A stretch of 63,322 nt of DNA, filler included, from Octopus bimaculoides (lineage: Eukaryota): the NCBI RefSeq assembly GCF_001194135.2. It is 4 parts of 4 records of this genome, joined end to end, with 100 filler letters (N's around TTAATTAATTAA, not from the genome) between each part and the next. Parts side by side here need not be neighbours in the genome. Positions count along the whole stretch, not along the records: positions 26,242 to 48,440 come from NC_068996.1; 3 more parts are not named here. One strand, given 5' to 3'. Below are positions 27,991-39,790 of this stretch, piece by piece (the stretch's first letter is position 1; every line of letters starts with the position of its first letter). The notes under the pieces were generated by a model that worked only from the letters and a program-made list of their open reading frames with translations, had not been told where the DNA came from and did not search any database. The position numbers and the translations under genes were made by a program.

Positions 27991-28198
27991 TTTTGAAAAA
28001 TTGCAAACTTCAGCAGAAAATGGTTGTTTTATATTTTATGTTTTATGAATTGAAGTATTCTTCTTCTAACAAGACAGTGAGGAATTATGAAGCTGTTGAT
28101 GCTGTAGCACAAATATGAGACAGATGGCAACCAAAAGCAGGGTTGCCTTAGCAGCATTGTAGGCCCCCAGGCAAATCAATGCATTGGGCCTTACTGTA

Positions 28199-29240
28199 CA
28201 AAGTTTGATCAATAAGTATCCGGACTGTTGCCATAATAATGAAGCTAATGTATGCAGAGTGAAGCAGCTTGGCAGAGATTGACCTTGAACTCTGCTGTGC
28301 ATGTGCACTAAGTTTTAACATTCTCGCTCACTTCCACTGAGTGAGATCCTTATGTGATTCATGAGTTTTGGAAGGAAGGTGTGTAGCATGATCATCGCAT
28401 TGACTATGACAGAGAAAGCTGTCGTGGCAAAGTTGCAGAAGGTGTATGGATGGGAGTGTATGAGCAACACACAAGTGTATGAGTAGTTCAGATGTTTCCA
28501 AGATGGTCAAAGAAATGTTGATATTGACGAACATCTGGGACATCCGCAACCAGCAGAACTGAGAACATCATCACAATTGTGCATGCAGCTGTGAGGGGAA
28601 ATCATCAAATCATAAAATTTTGCTCACTTCCACTGTTTACAGCAGTGCTTGGAAGGAAGGTGTGTAGCGTGATCGTCGCATTGACTATGACAGAGAAAGC
28701 TGTTGTGGCAAAGTTGCAGAAGGTGTATGGAGAGGAGTGTATGAGCCACACACAAGTGTATGAGTGGTTCAGACGTTTCTAAGATGTTTTCATCAGATGT
28801 GTAGATTAGTTACAGTTCAGTTCAGTCCATTATCACTGAAGATTTGAGATGCTTGTCTGCCAAGCTTGTGCCAAAATTGTTTTCAGTTGACCAAAAAGAC
28901 TTTCGGGGTTTCAGTTGCACAAAATCTCCTTGATTGTGTTGAGAGCATTGAAAACTTTTTGAAAGTTTTGCATAGGCCTCCGAGCAGGTATCACCAAGCT
29001 TTTGGCAAAATTTGATGCAGATTCTCTGCTCAACTTTCTCTGTCATGGTCAATGCAATAACCACATGCTACACACCTTCCTTCCAAGTACTGCTGTAAAC
29101 AGTGGAAGTGAGTTAGAACGTTAAAACTTAGTGCACATACATGGCAGTGCTCAAGGTAAACCTGTGCCAAGTGGCTTCACTCTGCATGCTTTAGCTTCAT
29201 TACTATGGCAACAGTCCGGATACTTATTGATCAGACCATG
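28199..29240. mobile_element. Mariner-derived foldback element built from two inverted 5' ends
   Basis: TA-flanked TIRs TGATCAATAAGTATCCGGACTGTTGCCATA at both ends; transposase N-terminus MTEKVEQRICIKFCQKLG (-) and YGEECMSHTQVYEWFRRF (+); internal duplication ~28330-28500 / ~28625-28785. Confidence 0.85.
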
Positions 29241-30469
29241 TATTTATTTATTGACAGCAAATGACAGGATACATAGATCAGAATTGAGCCTCTACCCAAT
29301 GACAGCACTGGCCAAAAGATTCTGAGCCAGCCTTAAGTTTGTAGTGTACGAGAGAGGGACAAAGTTAACCCTGTCATACTGTGTTCCCGTTGTAGCAGTA
29401 GAGCTTAAACATAATGAACAACACATTTAGAAAATGAAGATGAAACACTAAAATTAGACAACTGATCACATTGCAGCTTCATAGTCAAGTGTGTTTATAA
29501 CTCATAGTTAATNNNNNNNNNNNNNNNNNNNNNNNNNNNNNNNNNNNNNNNNNNNNNNNNNNNNNNNNNNNNNNNNNNNNNNNNNNNNNNNNNNNNNNNN
29601 NNNNNNNNNNNNNNNNNNNNNNNNNNNNNNNNNNNNNNNNNNNNNNNNNNNNNNNNNNNNNNNNNNNNNNNNNNNNNNNNNNNNNNNNNNNNNNNNNNNN
29701 NNNNNNNNNNNNNNNNNNNNNNNNNNNNNNNNNNNNNNNNNNNNNNNNNNNNNNNNNNNNNNNNNNNNNNNNNNNNNNNNNNNNNNNNNNNNNNNNNNNN
29801 NNNNNNNNNNNNNNNNNNNNNNNNNNNNNNNNNNNNNNNNNNNNNNNNNNNNNNNNNNNNNNNNNNNNNNNNNNNNNNNNNNNNNNNNNNNNNNNNNNNN
29901 NNNNNNNNNNNNNNNNNNNNNNNNNNNNNNNNNNNNNNNNNNNNNNNNNNNNNNNNNNNNNNNNNNNNNNNNNNNNNNNNNNNNNNNNNNNNNNNNNNNN
30001 NNNGTCTAGACTCTTTACTGTTCAGGAAATCCTTGATGATATTTACTCTTCAAATAGAGAGTTTGCATTTGCACCAGAAATGAGTAACTTGGACAATCAA
30101 ACTGGTGAAAGTGATGACGAAAGTAGTGATTCAGGTGAACAAATATGGTAGTTGGGACGAGATAGGCTTATTATTGTTATTCTCCTGAATGTTTTTCTGA
30201 TTTTGCCCATTAGCTTGCTTACTCTTGAGTAGTATATGCAAATCATCATCATCATCATCGTTTAACGTCTGCTTTCCATGCTAGCATGGGTTGGACAAAT
30301 ATTTTTTTTTTTCGCTTGAGAACCAAAGTGAAGGGTAAAACTAGACACAGGGACCCAGATCTGAGAGAGTGAAGTTTTCAAATACTGGATTTTATCAATT
30401 TTCAATTTTTGTTTCCCCCTCTGGTTTTGTCAGACATGAGTAAACTGGACGTTTGATCTACTTAATTAA

Positions 30470-30696
30470 CCATTTTGTTACCATATTTCTGTTGAGATGC
30501 TCTGTGTTTCTTTTCAATTAATTTTAAATATAACAAAGAATTTAGTAAAATAACTTAGTTATCATTAAGCTAGTGTTAGGAACATAAATTGTGACTAAGG
30601 TTTGTTTGGTGGAAGATTTTAATTCAAAACTTATGAAAACAAGACATTTGTACTACAGAGTCAGAGGTGGTTTTAGCTGGGTTAGTATCTAAAGGG
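30470..30696 (+). mobile_element. piggyBac-type MITE family H, copy 1
   Basis: TTAA|CCATTTTGTTACC ... TATCTAAAGGG|TTAA. Confidence 0.85.
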
Positions 30697-30727
30697 TTAA
30701 GAATTGTTTCTCTATTATATATTTTAA

Positions 30728-30948
30728 CCCTTTCGGTACTGTATTTCTATTGAGATGCTCTGTTTTTCTCTCAATTACTTTAAATATAACAAAGAATTTA
30801 GTAAAATAACTTAGTTATCATTCAGCTAGTGTTAGGAACATAAATTGTGACTAAGGTTTGGTGGAAGATTTTAATTCAGAACTTTTGAAAACAAAACATT
30901 TATACTACATTGCCAGAGACAGTTTTAGGCAGTTTGGTATCGAAAGGG
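30728..30948 (+). mobile_element. piggyBac-type MITE family H, copy 2 (direct tandem)
   Basis: TTAA|CCCTTTCGGTAC ... TATCGAAAGGG|TTAA; body near-identical to copy 1. Confidence 0.85.
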
Positions 30949-30987
30949 TTAAAATGTTACATAAGAAATGCTTTTGATTCCTTACAG

Positions 30988-31160
30988 AATCCATAATTAA
31001 CCTAAGTTCTGTTTGTGACTGTGTGGCAAGAGACTTTTTTTGGAATGACTTAAGTGAGGACTTTCAGAAAGATGTCATAGACCTTCTATCTTCTGAAAAT
31101 GTTGCAGAAATAATTTCATCAGTAGTGTCTGTTTCAATAGTAACTGACAGACCAGCATGA
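30988..31160 (+). CDS. Candidate coding exon of an unidentified gene (SIINLSSVCDCVARDFFWNDLSEDFQKDVIDLLSSENVAEIISS...)
   Basis: Acceptor CTTTTGATTCCTTACAG, 56 open codons of protein-like composition in non-repeat sequence; no family recognised. Confidence 0.3.
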
Positions 31161-31192
31161 ATAACAGCTGCCTGTTTAATATCGTATTTGGT

Positions 31193-31414
31193 CCTTTAGC
31201 ATTTAAACCAGTCACATCTGGCTCAAATATTCTACCTGTTTTATGTTCAAACTGCCCAGACACAAGCTCTCTCTCACCAACCCCTACAATGTCTTTCTAA
31301 ACATAACCAATCACATCATTGAAATCTTCAAATTATGAGATAATGCATGATTAATTGAAAGCAGTGTGAATAAATAAGCATTACATTTGACAGGGTAATT
31401 TAAATGCTAAACAC
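31193..31414 (+). mobile_element. piggyBac-type MITE family G
   Basis: CCTTTAGCATTTAAA ... AATGCTAAACAC|TTAA. Confidence 0.75.
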
Positions 31415-31549
31415 TTAATAGAATTGCTATATTTTACAGCCTTCTCCGATTAAGGGGAAATGTACACTTAGAAACTCAATTTTCAAAGAATAGAATCTAT
31501 TTGGGACATGGTTTAGAAAGAGCCTAAGTGTTTGTTATAATTCTATCTT

Positions 31550-31960
31550 GTTTCTTTCTTTTTCTCTTTTACTTGTTTCAGTCATTTGACTGTGGCCATG
31601 CTGGAGCACCACCTTAAAGGATTTTAGTCGAACAGTTCAACACCAGAACTTGTTTTTTATAGTCTAGTACTTATTCTGTTAGTTTCTTTTGCCAAACTGC
31701 AAAGTTACAGGGATGTAAACAAGCCATTACTGGTTATCAAGTGGTGATGGGGGGACAAAGACACACGCATAAATATATATATATATATATATAATCATCA
31801 TCATCATTTAACATCTGTTGTCCATGAGTTGGATGGTTTGACCAGGGTTGGTAAGCTGGAAAGCTGCACCAGACTCCAGTCTGATTTGGCGTGGTTTTAA
31901 TGGCTGGATGCCCTTCATAATGCCAACCACTCCGAGAGTGTAATGGGTGCTTTTGTGTGG
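31550..31960 (-). mobile_element. CpG-decayed SINE B 3' half followed by an RTE 3' tail fragment
   Basis: 31550-31790 family B; 31797-31960 CATCATCATTTAACATC...GGATGCCCTTC. Confidence 0.8.
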
Positions 31961-32844
31961 AATAAACTACCCACATCAGTGGTTAGCTGTCGAGACACTA
32001 CATCCTTCAAAACTTCCATGCTTCCTGAAATCCGCCCTACCTGATGGCCTTTTATTTTTTTAAATTTTAATTTGTAGTGCGTCTGAGCACTGTATACAAC
32101 AATTTCCTTCATTGTATCATATATACATGCTCACAATTTGTAAAATAATAGTTTGATTATTTCCGGTTATGTGGAAACACACAAACACGCATACACAAAT
32201 ACAGCACAGTCTCATACAGTTACATGCACAATCTTATATGGTTATGTGTACACACACAAACACACAGTCTCATACAGTCACACACACACAATCAGCATCA
32301 TATTTTTCATATATTTATTTTTATTATTGGAATGCTAATGTTGATGGAGGAGGAGGGTATACCGAGTGGCTAAAGCAGACTGCCATTGTCAATTTCATAA
32401 GGGGGGAAAAGGAGGGTATACTGAGCAGGTAAAATGGACTGACATGTGTCAGTCCTGCAAACTCGATTTTATTTATATAGACAACACAAGCACTTCGTAA
32501 TTTAGTAGCTTTTAATCTAATACCTGTTAAACAGAAATTATTTTTATTTAATGAAAATTTAATAAAATCTAATCATAAGTAAGTTAAATTATGCTCAATA
32601 ACAGCTAAATTGAAAACCTTTTCCCTCTGGCCAGATTGGCAATTCTGAAAACTTTTGGGTGCAAATTTTACATGAGTAGAAGATTTTTTTAACAATTTTT
32701 ATCCTGAAAATCACCTGTGTTAATTACACAGGTGTGCAATTTACATGGGTTTTTATGGTAAATTGATTCAGTCTCATCATAGATGATTCAAAAGCTGTGT
32801 ATTGTCTTTCAACATGTATTGCAGCATCTTAATAGTAAAAGGTA

Positions 32845-33145
32845 TTAAGAGCAGCTCTGCATTGAGAGGTCACAGCACTTGGACTACAGACTTGATTAGA
32901 ATGTCTTACGAAAGAATCATGAGACGGATTCTTCAAGCCAAGATGACTAACAAGAGACTTAGGTATAGACCATGAACAAGATGATTGGATAATATTCATA
33001 GTCTCAATTGATCACACTTGGGAATCCAAGCAGAAAGTCAAATGACGATTGCTTGAGATAGGACCCTGTGGAGGAGGTGCCTAAGGACACTGCCTCTACA
33101 ACACTCCCAAGAATTGTAGGCAGAGAAGATGGATGGGTGGGTGGG
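32845..33145 (+). mobile_element. LINE ORF2 C-terminus and 3' end, (GGAT)n-tailed RTE-like family
   Basis: Degenerate IERSQ..W...LIRM.YERI.R.ILQAK motif; homologous to 38160-38470 (-) and 46315-47066 (+). Confidence 0.75.
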
Positions 33146-33204
33146 TTCATGGCTGGATTGATTAATTTTGTTATATTTATGGCTGTGGGGTGAAGGAACT
33201 TCAC

Positions 33205-33535
33205 TTCCCAACTATGCTTTCAGGTTCAGTTCCGCTGTGTGATACCTTTGGCAAGTGTCTTTCTACTTTAGACCAAAGCTTTGTGAATGGAGTTGGCAGA
33301 GGTAAAACTGAAAGAAGTTTGGTGTGTGTGTGTGTATGACCTTGTCTTGATATTGCATGAAAGTTGTAAGCAAGCATTGTCATAGAAGTGATGTCATTCA
33401 TTTCCATGCATAAACATATCCAGTCAAGAGGAAATATTATCTTACTGAGAACCAAGTGTGTGTGTTGGAGACAGGAAGAGCATCCAGCTTTCTGACCCAT
33501 GCAAGCATGGGAAAGTAGATGTTGGTACGCACACA
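33205..33535 (+). mobile_element. SINE with family B head and RTE-derived tail (family K)
   Basis: Head GGTTCAGTTCCGCTGTGTGATACCTTTGGCAAGTG; tail GAAGAGCATCCAGC...GACCCATGCAAGCATGG; similar at 41643-41915. Confidence 0.65.
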
Positions 33536-34417
33536 TGCACACACACAACATGAACACAATATGCATACAATACACATGCAGCATGCACACAGCACATGCA
33601 TGCAACATGCACATAACATACACGCATGGAACATGCACACACCAGTCACACATAACATTCACACAGCATACATGCATGCACACACACACATCACACAACA
33701 CACATGCACACACAAAACACACACAAACAAATATACACACACACAAATAGCAAAAATTCCGCAATTATAAATTTGATAAGATTCATAATAAATCCTGCAT
33801 AAAATGCTTTTATTCAACCACCCCTACTTTTGGACAAACACTAGTACAAACAGATTGAAATCATACAATCAAAAGGATGTGTTATAATACTATTCCACCT
33901 TACCAACAATCCATATCTCCATCATCAGCTGCCCCACGGATATCATTATCGTTTTGACACCTGAGCAGTACCGTTCAATAGCACTTAGAAGCAAAACTTG
34001 TCTAAACATGCATTTGATGGATGATACTGATGGCGTGCAACAATTTTGAAAAGTTGAAGTCGTCATCATCATCATCCTTGTTTAACATCCGCTTTCCATG
34101 CTGTCATGAGTTGGACGGTTTGACATGGAGCTGGCTAGCAGGGAGCTGTCCAGACTCCAGTTGTCTGTTGTGGCATGGTTTCTACGTCTGGATGCCCTTC
34201 CTAACACCAACCACTTTACAGACTGTGCTGGGTCTTTTTACACAGTACCAGCAGAGGTGCATTTATGCAGCACCAGCACAGGTGTGTTAATGCAGCACTG
34301 TCGTAGGTGCTTTTTAAGTGGTGCCATCACCTAAGAATAATTAATAAAAAAAAAAGGAAGAACAGTAGGTAAAGTGGACATAATGAGGATGATTTAACAC
34401 ATTTTTTGAGTATTTAA

Positions 34418-34615
34418 CCCTTTAGTGTTTAAATCAGTCGTATTCAGCCAAAATTTTCTACATGTTTTATTATCAAACCAATCCTACAATATCATTGTAG
34501 AAACTAATAGTCACCTCTTCAAAATCTCAAAACTACAACATAACAGCATAATTAATTCAAAACAATGTGAATAAATAAGCATTACATTTGACAGAATAAT
34601 GTGAATTTTGAAGGG
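34418..34615 (+). mobile_element. piggyBac-type MITE family G, internally deleted
   Basis: TTAA|CCCTTTAG ... GAAGGG; shared AATGTGAATAAATAAGCATTACATTTGACAG. Confidence 0.75.
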
Positions 34616-34867
34616 TGAGATCATACAAAATCATACAAAAGTTTTCTTTCCTTGTTGATAAGCAAAGCATTTTGCCCAGTTATGTCTTATTCTAAAATGA
34701 AGCATTTTCAATATAATTGTATTGGCTGTTCAATGATTGATTTAAGGGTGTTCTTTGTGAATATGAAATCCATTTTGTTGCATCATGTCTACATTTTATA
34801 CTTTTCATTTGAAATCATTATACCCGATCAAGGAAATTAGCATCTATTTCCTTCCTCAAATAACCCA

Positions 34868-36072
34868 CTGAGAGTTAATCTAGCAGAAACCGAAATCTTA
34901 GTAAGTAGGAGAGCAGACATGTAAGCTATGGACACATAAGAAGTGCATCAATATCAGAGGAAGGTTAGCAGGGAAAATAGTTTTTGTGTGTAGTAGGTGC
35001 TCAGGTACAGTTAACACTAAATATGTACAGAAAATAGACTCCATCAAATGTTGGCGGGGGGAGGGACTAGAAGTAGTTAATAGCTTCCATCACCTAGGCA
35101 ACCAGGTCAGTTGCAGGGGTGAATGCTCTGAGAGCATAGCTTCTAGAATAAGAAGAGGCTGAGCAAAGTTCAGAGAGTTCCTACTTCTGCTGGCAACAAA
35201 GGGCCTCTCTCTCTCAGAATGAAAGGCAGGCTGTATGATGCCTGCATGCAAACAGCGATGTTACACAGCAGTGAAACATGGGCTTTGACTATCGAGGACA
35301 TGTGCAGGTTTGTAAGAAATGAAGCTAGTATGTATAATATCAGAAGCTGGATGTGTAATATCAGTGTGCATACACAACAGAGTATAAGTATCCTGAGAGA
35401 AAAGCTGGGCATAAGAAGAATCAAATGTGGTATGTAAAAAGGACAACTGTGCTGGTATGGTCATGTGATGCGTATGGACAGAGAAAACTGTGTAAAGAAG
35501 TGCCACACACTAATGGTGTGGAAACCTGTGGAAGAGGTAAACCCAGAAAGACATGGGATGAGGTCGTGAAGCATGATCTTTGAATGTTGGGCCTCATAGA
35601 GGCAATTACAAGTGACCAAGACCTTTGGAGATATGCTGTGCTTGAGAAGATCCATCAAGCCAAGTGAGATTGTCATCGTAGCCAATTCCAGTGTTGTTTA
35701 ACTGGCTCATAAAAATCACCCTCAAATGTTGTGTGATATGCTGTGTTTGAGAGACATATCAAACCAAGTAAAATCGTAGCTGTGGCCAATGCCAGTGCAG
35801 GTTGACTGGCACCTGTGCTGGTGGCATGTAAAAAAAAAAACACTGTTCAAGAGCATAGCCGATGCTGATGTCACATCAATGGCACCCATGCTGGTGGCAT
35901 GTAAAAAGCACTCACGACACTCTTGGAGTCATTGACGTTAAGGGCACCAAGCCATAGTAACCATGCCAAACCAGAATGGAACCTAGTGTAGCACCCCCGG
36001 CTTATCAGTTTTTAGTCAAATCGTCCAACCCATGCCAGCATGGAAAGCGGACATTAAATGATGATGATGATG
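34868..36072 (+). mobile_element. 5'-truncated RTE-clade LINE: ORF2 C-terminus (to 35667), 3' UTR, (ATG)n tail
   Basis: LRVNLAETEILVSRR...SFHHLGNQVS...KGRLYDACMQTAMLHSSETWA...GRGKPRKTWDEVVKHDL; several stops and frameshifts. Confidence 0.9.
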
Positions 36073-37632
36073 AATCCCTACATACTCATTCTCAACTTGC
36101 AAAAGAACTGCCTTTAAGCTGGAAATGGTGCCATCAATGAGTATCCATCGGTCTGTCTTCACATCAGTGGAAATTCTCAGTGCCATTATCAAACTAGTAA
36201 TGTTCTTACAATAGACCAAACCCAGTTCACCTTGTATATCGAAAAATTCAACAAATTTCTTCTCTGTGCCTGTATGCTGTTGTCTTGGTTCCTTGGGCTA
36301 AGACACCAAATTCTCAGAGCATTGTTCCAGCCAGGTGAGCATCATTCTTGGAAAATCCCAAGTTTTGAACAAAATGATCCAGTTGTTTTGTTTTTTTTTT
36401 ACTTATTTTAGGGCATGAATGAGGAATTTCAAAATTCTTGTCATCCATTTGTTCTTCACATCCAGTTTTGACATTGGAATCATCAGCTGAGTCACTCAAT
36501 GGTTGATTGCTTGTCACAGGAGTAATTCCATCTTCATACAGTGGTGCTATTAGGGCAGATGGCAAATTAGGATACTTCAATTTCTTTATTGCCCACAAGA
36601 GGCTAAACATAGAGGGGACAAACAAAGGGGTTAAGTCGATTACATCAACCTCAGTGCGTAACTGGTACTTAATTTATCGACCCCGAAAGGATGAAAGGCA
36701 AAGTCGACCTTGGAGGAATTTGAACTCATGTAACAGCAGACGAAATACTACTTAGCATTTCGCCCAGTGTGTTAACGTTTCTGCCAGCTCACTGCAAATT
36801 AGGATACTTCATATACTTTTTAGTTTTCGTATTGAATCCCTCAATATAAGTTATACAAATGTAGCATTCAGTATTTGAATTGTTGCTTTGTTCTCAGCAT
36901 GTCATGGGAGAGGCAAATGGCATTTGCTTCAGCTTGCCACTGGACTAGGAAAGCAGATCACAGCAAACTTTATGTACAATATGTGGAGCAAAACATTTAT
37001 CCTGTCTCCAAGTTTCATTGTGAAGTAAATCCTTGTACGAGTGACATAATGTTTCTCCTACATTCCTTCAATGTGTATTCCCCACGAATGTAGCAAAAGT
37101 AATGTGGGTCATTGTGACATACACATCTTGAAGCCATGCAAACTAAAGCAAATTGAAGTGACTAAAAAAACAAAAAACACCCGTCCTCAGTGAACAGAGC
37201 AATTACCAATTTGGTGCAACAAGTCAGTAACATTTGAAACATGTATTTAAATCAAAGTGTCCTAAAAATAGACATGATCTAATATGTTTATATCTACTTT
37301 TACAGCTCTCTTTTATTGAGAGTGCTCTGAAAATAGACATGGTGTAATATGTGTTACATTTACAGCTGCTCTACCATTAAAAGTTGTCAAAAAAGGAACA
37401 ATCAAAGGCATTCTTAAAAGACAAATACAAAACACTTGACATACTGCATGCTGCATTACATTTTTGTAAATTTGATCAATAGGGGTGGGGAGTATCTTGT
37501 ACATCGAAATCTAGATGTGATGGAGCAAAACTGACTTCATATTCAGAAAGACCACTCTAAAGTTAACTAAAATCATCCTAATCTTGCTAAAGAAATTATT
37601 TTTCATTTTATCATGCTTTGCAAATTTCCCGT
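36073..37632 (-). mobile_element. Decayed Chapaev3-type (CMC) DNA transposon, 5' half of the transposase, ATG at 37137
   Basis: MASRCVCHNDPHYFCYIRGEYTLKECRRNI...MKLGD...PHIV...KYPNLPSA...FVQNLGFSKNDAHLAG...VYCKNITSLIMAL...LIDGTISSLKAVLL; subterminal AAATCTAGATGTGATGGAGCAAAACTGACTTCA; family call from recalled Chapaev3 motifs, right boundary approximate. Confidence 0.8.
36580..36794 (-). mobile_element. SINE family A, full length, with ~18-bp target-site duplication
   Basis: GCAAATTAGGATACTTCA at 36562-36579 and 36794-36811. Confidence 0.9.
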
Positions 37633-37764
37633 GTTCTGAAGGGAACACGGGCAGATGATGTCAAGGAATTAAAGTGAGTAAACGGACGAGGAGTGGAACA
37701 ACAAGAAATAACCAATCAGTATTCATTATTACAATAACTGATTGAAGAGGTAGTAAAATCTGTA

Positions 37765-38135
37765 GGTGCAGACATGGCTGTGTGGTAAGTAGCTTGCTTA
37801 CCAACCACATGGTTCCGGGTTCAGTCCCACTGCGTGGCACCTTGGGAAAGTGTCTTCTACTATAGCCTTGGGCCGACGAAAGCCTTGTGAGTGGATTTGG
37901 TAGACGGAAACTGAAAGAAGCCTGTCGTATATACATATGTATATATATATGTATGTGTGTGTGTTTCTCTGTGTTTGTTCCCCTAGCATTGCTTGACAAC
38001 CAATGCTGGTGTGTTTATGTCCCCGTCACTTAGTGGTTCGGCAAAAGAGACCAATAGAATAAGTACTAGGCTTATAAAGAATAAGTCCCGGGGTTGATTT
38101 GCTCGACTAAATGACTGAAACAAGTAAGTGAGAGA
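37765..38135 (+). mobile_element. SINE family B, full length
   Basis: TGGCTGTGTGGTAAG, GGTTCAGTCCC, CORE-like GGCACCTTGGGAAAGTGTC, tail ATGACTGAAACAAGTAA. Confidence 0.9.
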
Positions 38136-38159
38136 GAGAGAGAGATGGGAGAATAGTAA

Positions 38160-38470
38160 TTCCATCCATCCATCCATCCATCTTCTCCACCCATTATTCC
38201 TGGTGGGTAAGGGTTCTCAGACTCTTCCTCCACAGGGGCTTATCACAAATAACAACAATCATTATATTTTCCACCTGGATCCCCAATCAAGAATGAGACC
38301 ATGGATATTATCCAACCATTTCATTCTTTGTCTACCACTAGGTCTCCTGCTGGTTGAATCACTTTGAAGAATATATCTTGCACTTGTTTTTTTTTTTTTT
38401 ACCCCATGACATTATAGTCACAAATTTATAGTGCCAGAGCTGTGACCTCTCAATGCAGAGAAGTAGTGAC
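38160..38470 (-). mobile_element. (GGAT)n-tailed LINE 3' end
   Basis: TCCATCCATCCATC tail; CAGAGCTGTGACCTCTCAATGCAGAG homologous to 32845 region. Confidence 0.75.
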
Positions 38471-38795
38471 CTGATCTCAAAAGACTCCCTGATCTCCAAA
38501 TTATTCATCATGTTAAATAACATTTCTCCAGAAATCCTTAAGAACCCTTTTTTTGGCTACTTGTATACTTGACTCTACTCTTTTAGACACTACCCAACAT
38601 TCCTGACCATAGGTAGGATAGGTATAAACCAAACTGAAGGTAGCAAGTTTGTTTTATTTTTTTATTTTTTTTTGGGGGGGGTAACCTCTTCATTTTTACA
38701 TAGAACTTAACTAAGTTTATTGTCAATGAAAGAGGTAGCCATTCAAATGGGGGACCAAATAGCAAATGGTAATTCTTCAAAAGTATAAGACACAC

Positions 38796-38827
<32 letters not shown>

Positions 38828-39054
38828 CAAATAATAATAATGTTTTTTTATTATAATGCCTGAAATTTTGGAAGAGGGCACTAGTTAATTGCATCAACCC
38901 CAGTGCTTCATGGGTTCTACTTGATGACTGATCAATATAAAAGGAAAGCAGAATCTCTTTTCTAAAAACTGAAGTTCTAAGTTGATTTGTCTGGATAATT
39001 TTGTTCGGCCCTTGGAGATACAAAGTTAGTGTGGAATATTTTTAGTTCAATTTC

Positions 39055-39085
<31 letters not shown>

Positions 39086-39221
39086 NNNNNNNNNNNNNNN
39101 NNNNNNNNNNNNNNNNNNNNNNNNNNNNNNNNNNNNNATATATATTAGTGTGTGTTATGAGAATTTACGGAAAGGAATCCCATAGAAACTCAACAAATTT
39201 GTTAAAAATAGAGAAGAGAAA

Positions 39222-39790
39222 ATCATCATCGTCGTTTAACATCCGCTTTCCATGCTAGCATGGGTTGGACGATTTGACTAAGGACTGGCAAGCCAGGAGG
39301 TTGCACCAGGCTCCAATCTGATTTAGAAGAGTTTCTACAGCTGGATGCCATTCCTAATGTCAACCACTCTGAGAGTGTAGTGGGTGCTTTTACATGCCAC
39401 CGGCACGAAGGCCAGTCAAGTGGTACTGGCAATGGCCATGCTCAAAATGGTGTACTTTATGTGCCACCTGCACAGGAGCCAGTCCTGCGGCACTGGCAAT
39501 GACCTCACTTGAATGTCTTTTCACATGCCCCCAGCATAAGTGCCAGTAAGTCGACGCTGGTAACGATCACGCTCAAATGGTGCTATTTATGTGCCACTCG
39601 CACAGAAGCCAGACAGCTGCTGTGGCAATGATCACGCTCAGACGGTGCTCTTAGCGCTCCACTGGTACAGGTGCCATCACGATTTTGCTTTCACTTGCCT
39701 CAACAGGTCTTCGCACGTGGAGTTTAGTGTCCAATGAAGGAAAGGTACTCATGAGTGGGCTGGCTACACCCATGGTAGAGGTCTTGGATT
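39222..39790 (-). mobile_element. RTE LINE 3' UTR (long)
   Basis: CATCATCGTCGTTTAACATCCGCTTTCCATGCTAGCATGGGTTGGACGATTTGAC. Confidence 0.85.

Noticed and set aside
28764-28800. Hammerhead-like core on the minus strand (CTGATGA...GAAACGTC)
   Set aside because: Neither stem I nor stem II can form; it is chance antisense sequence of the mariner ORF and shows that core-only matches occur randomly.
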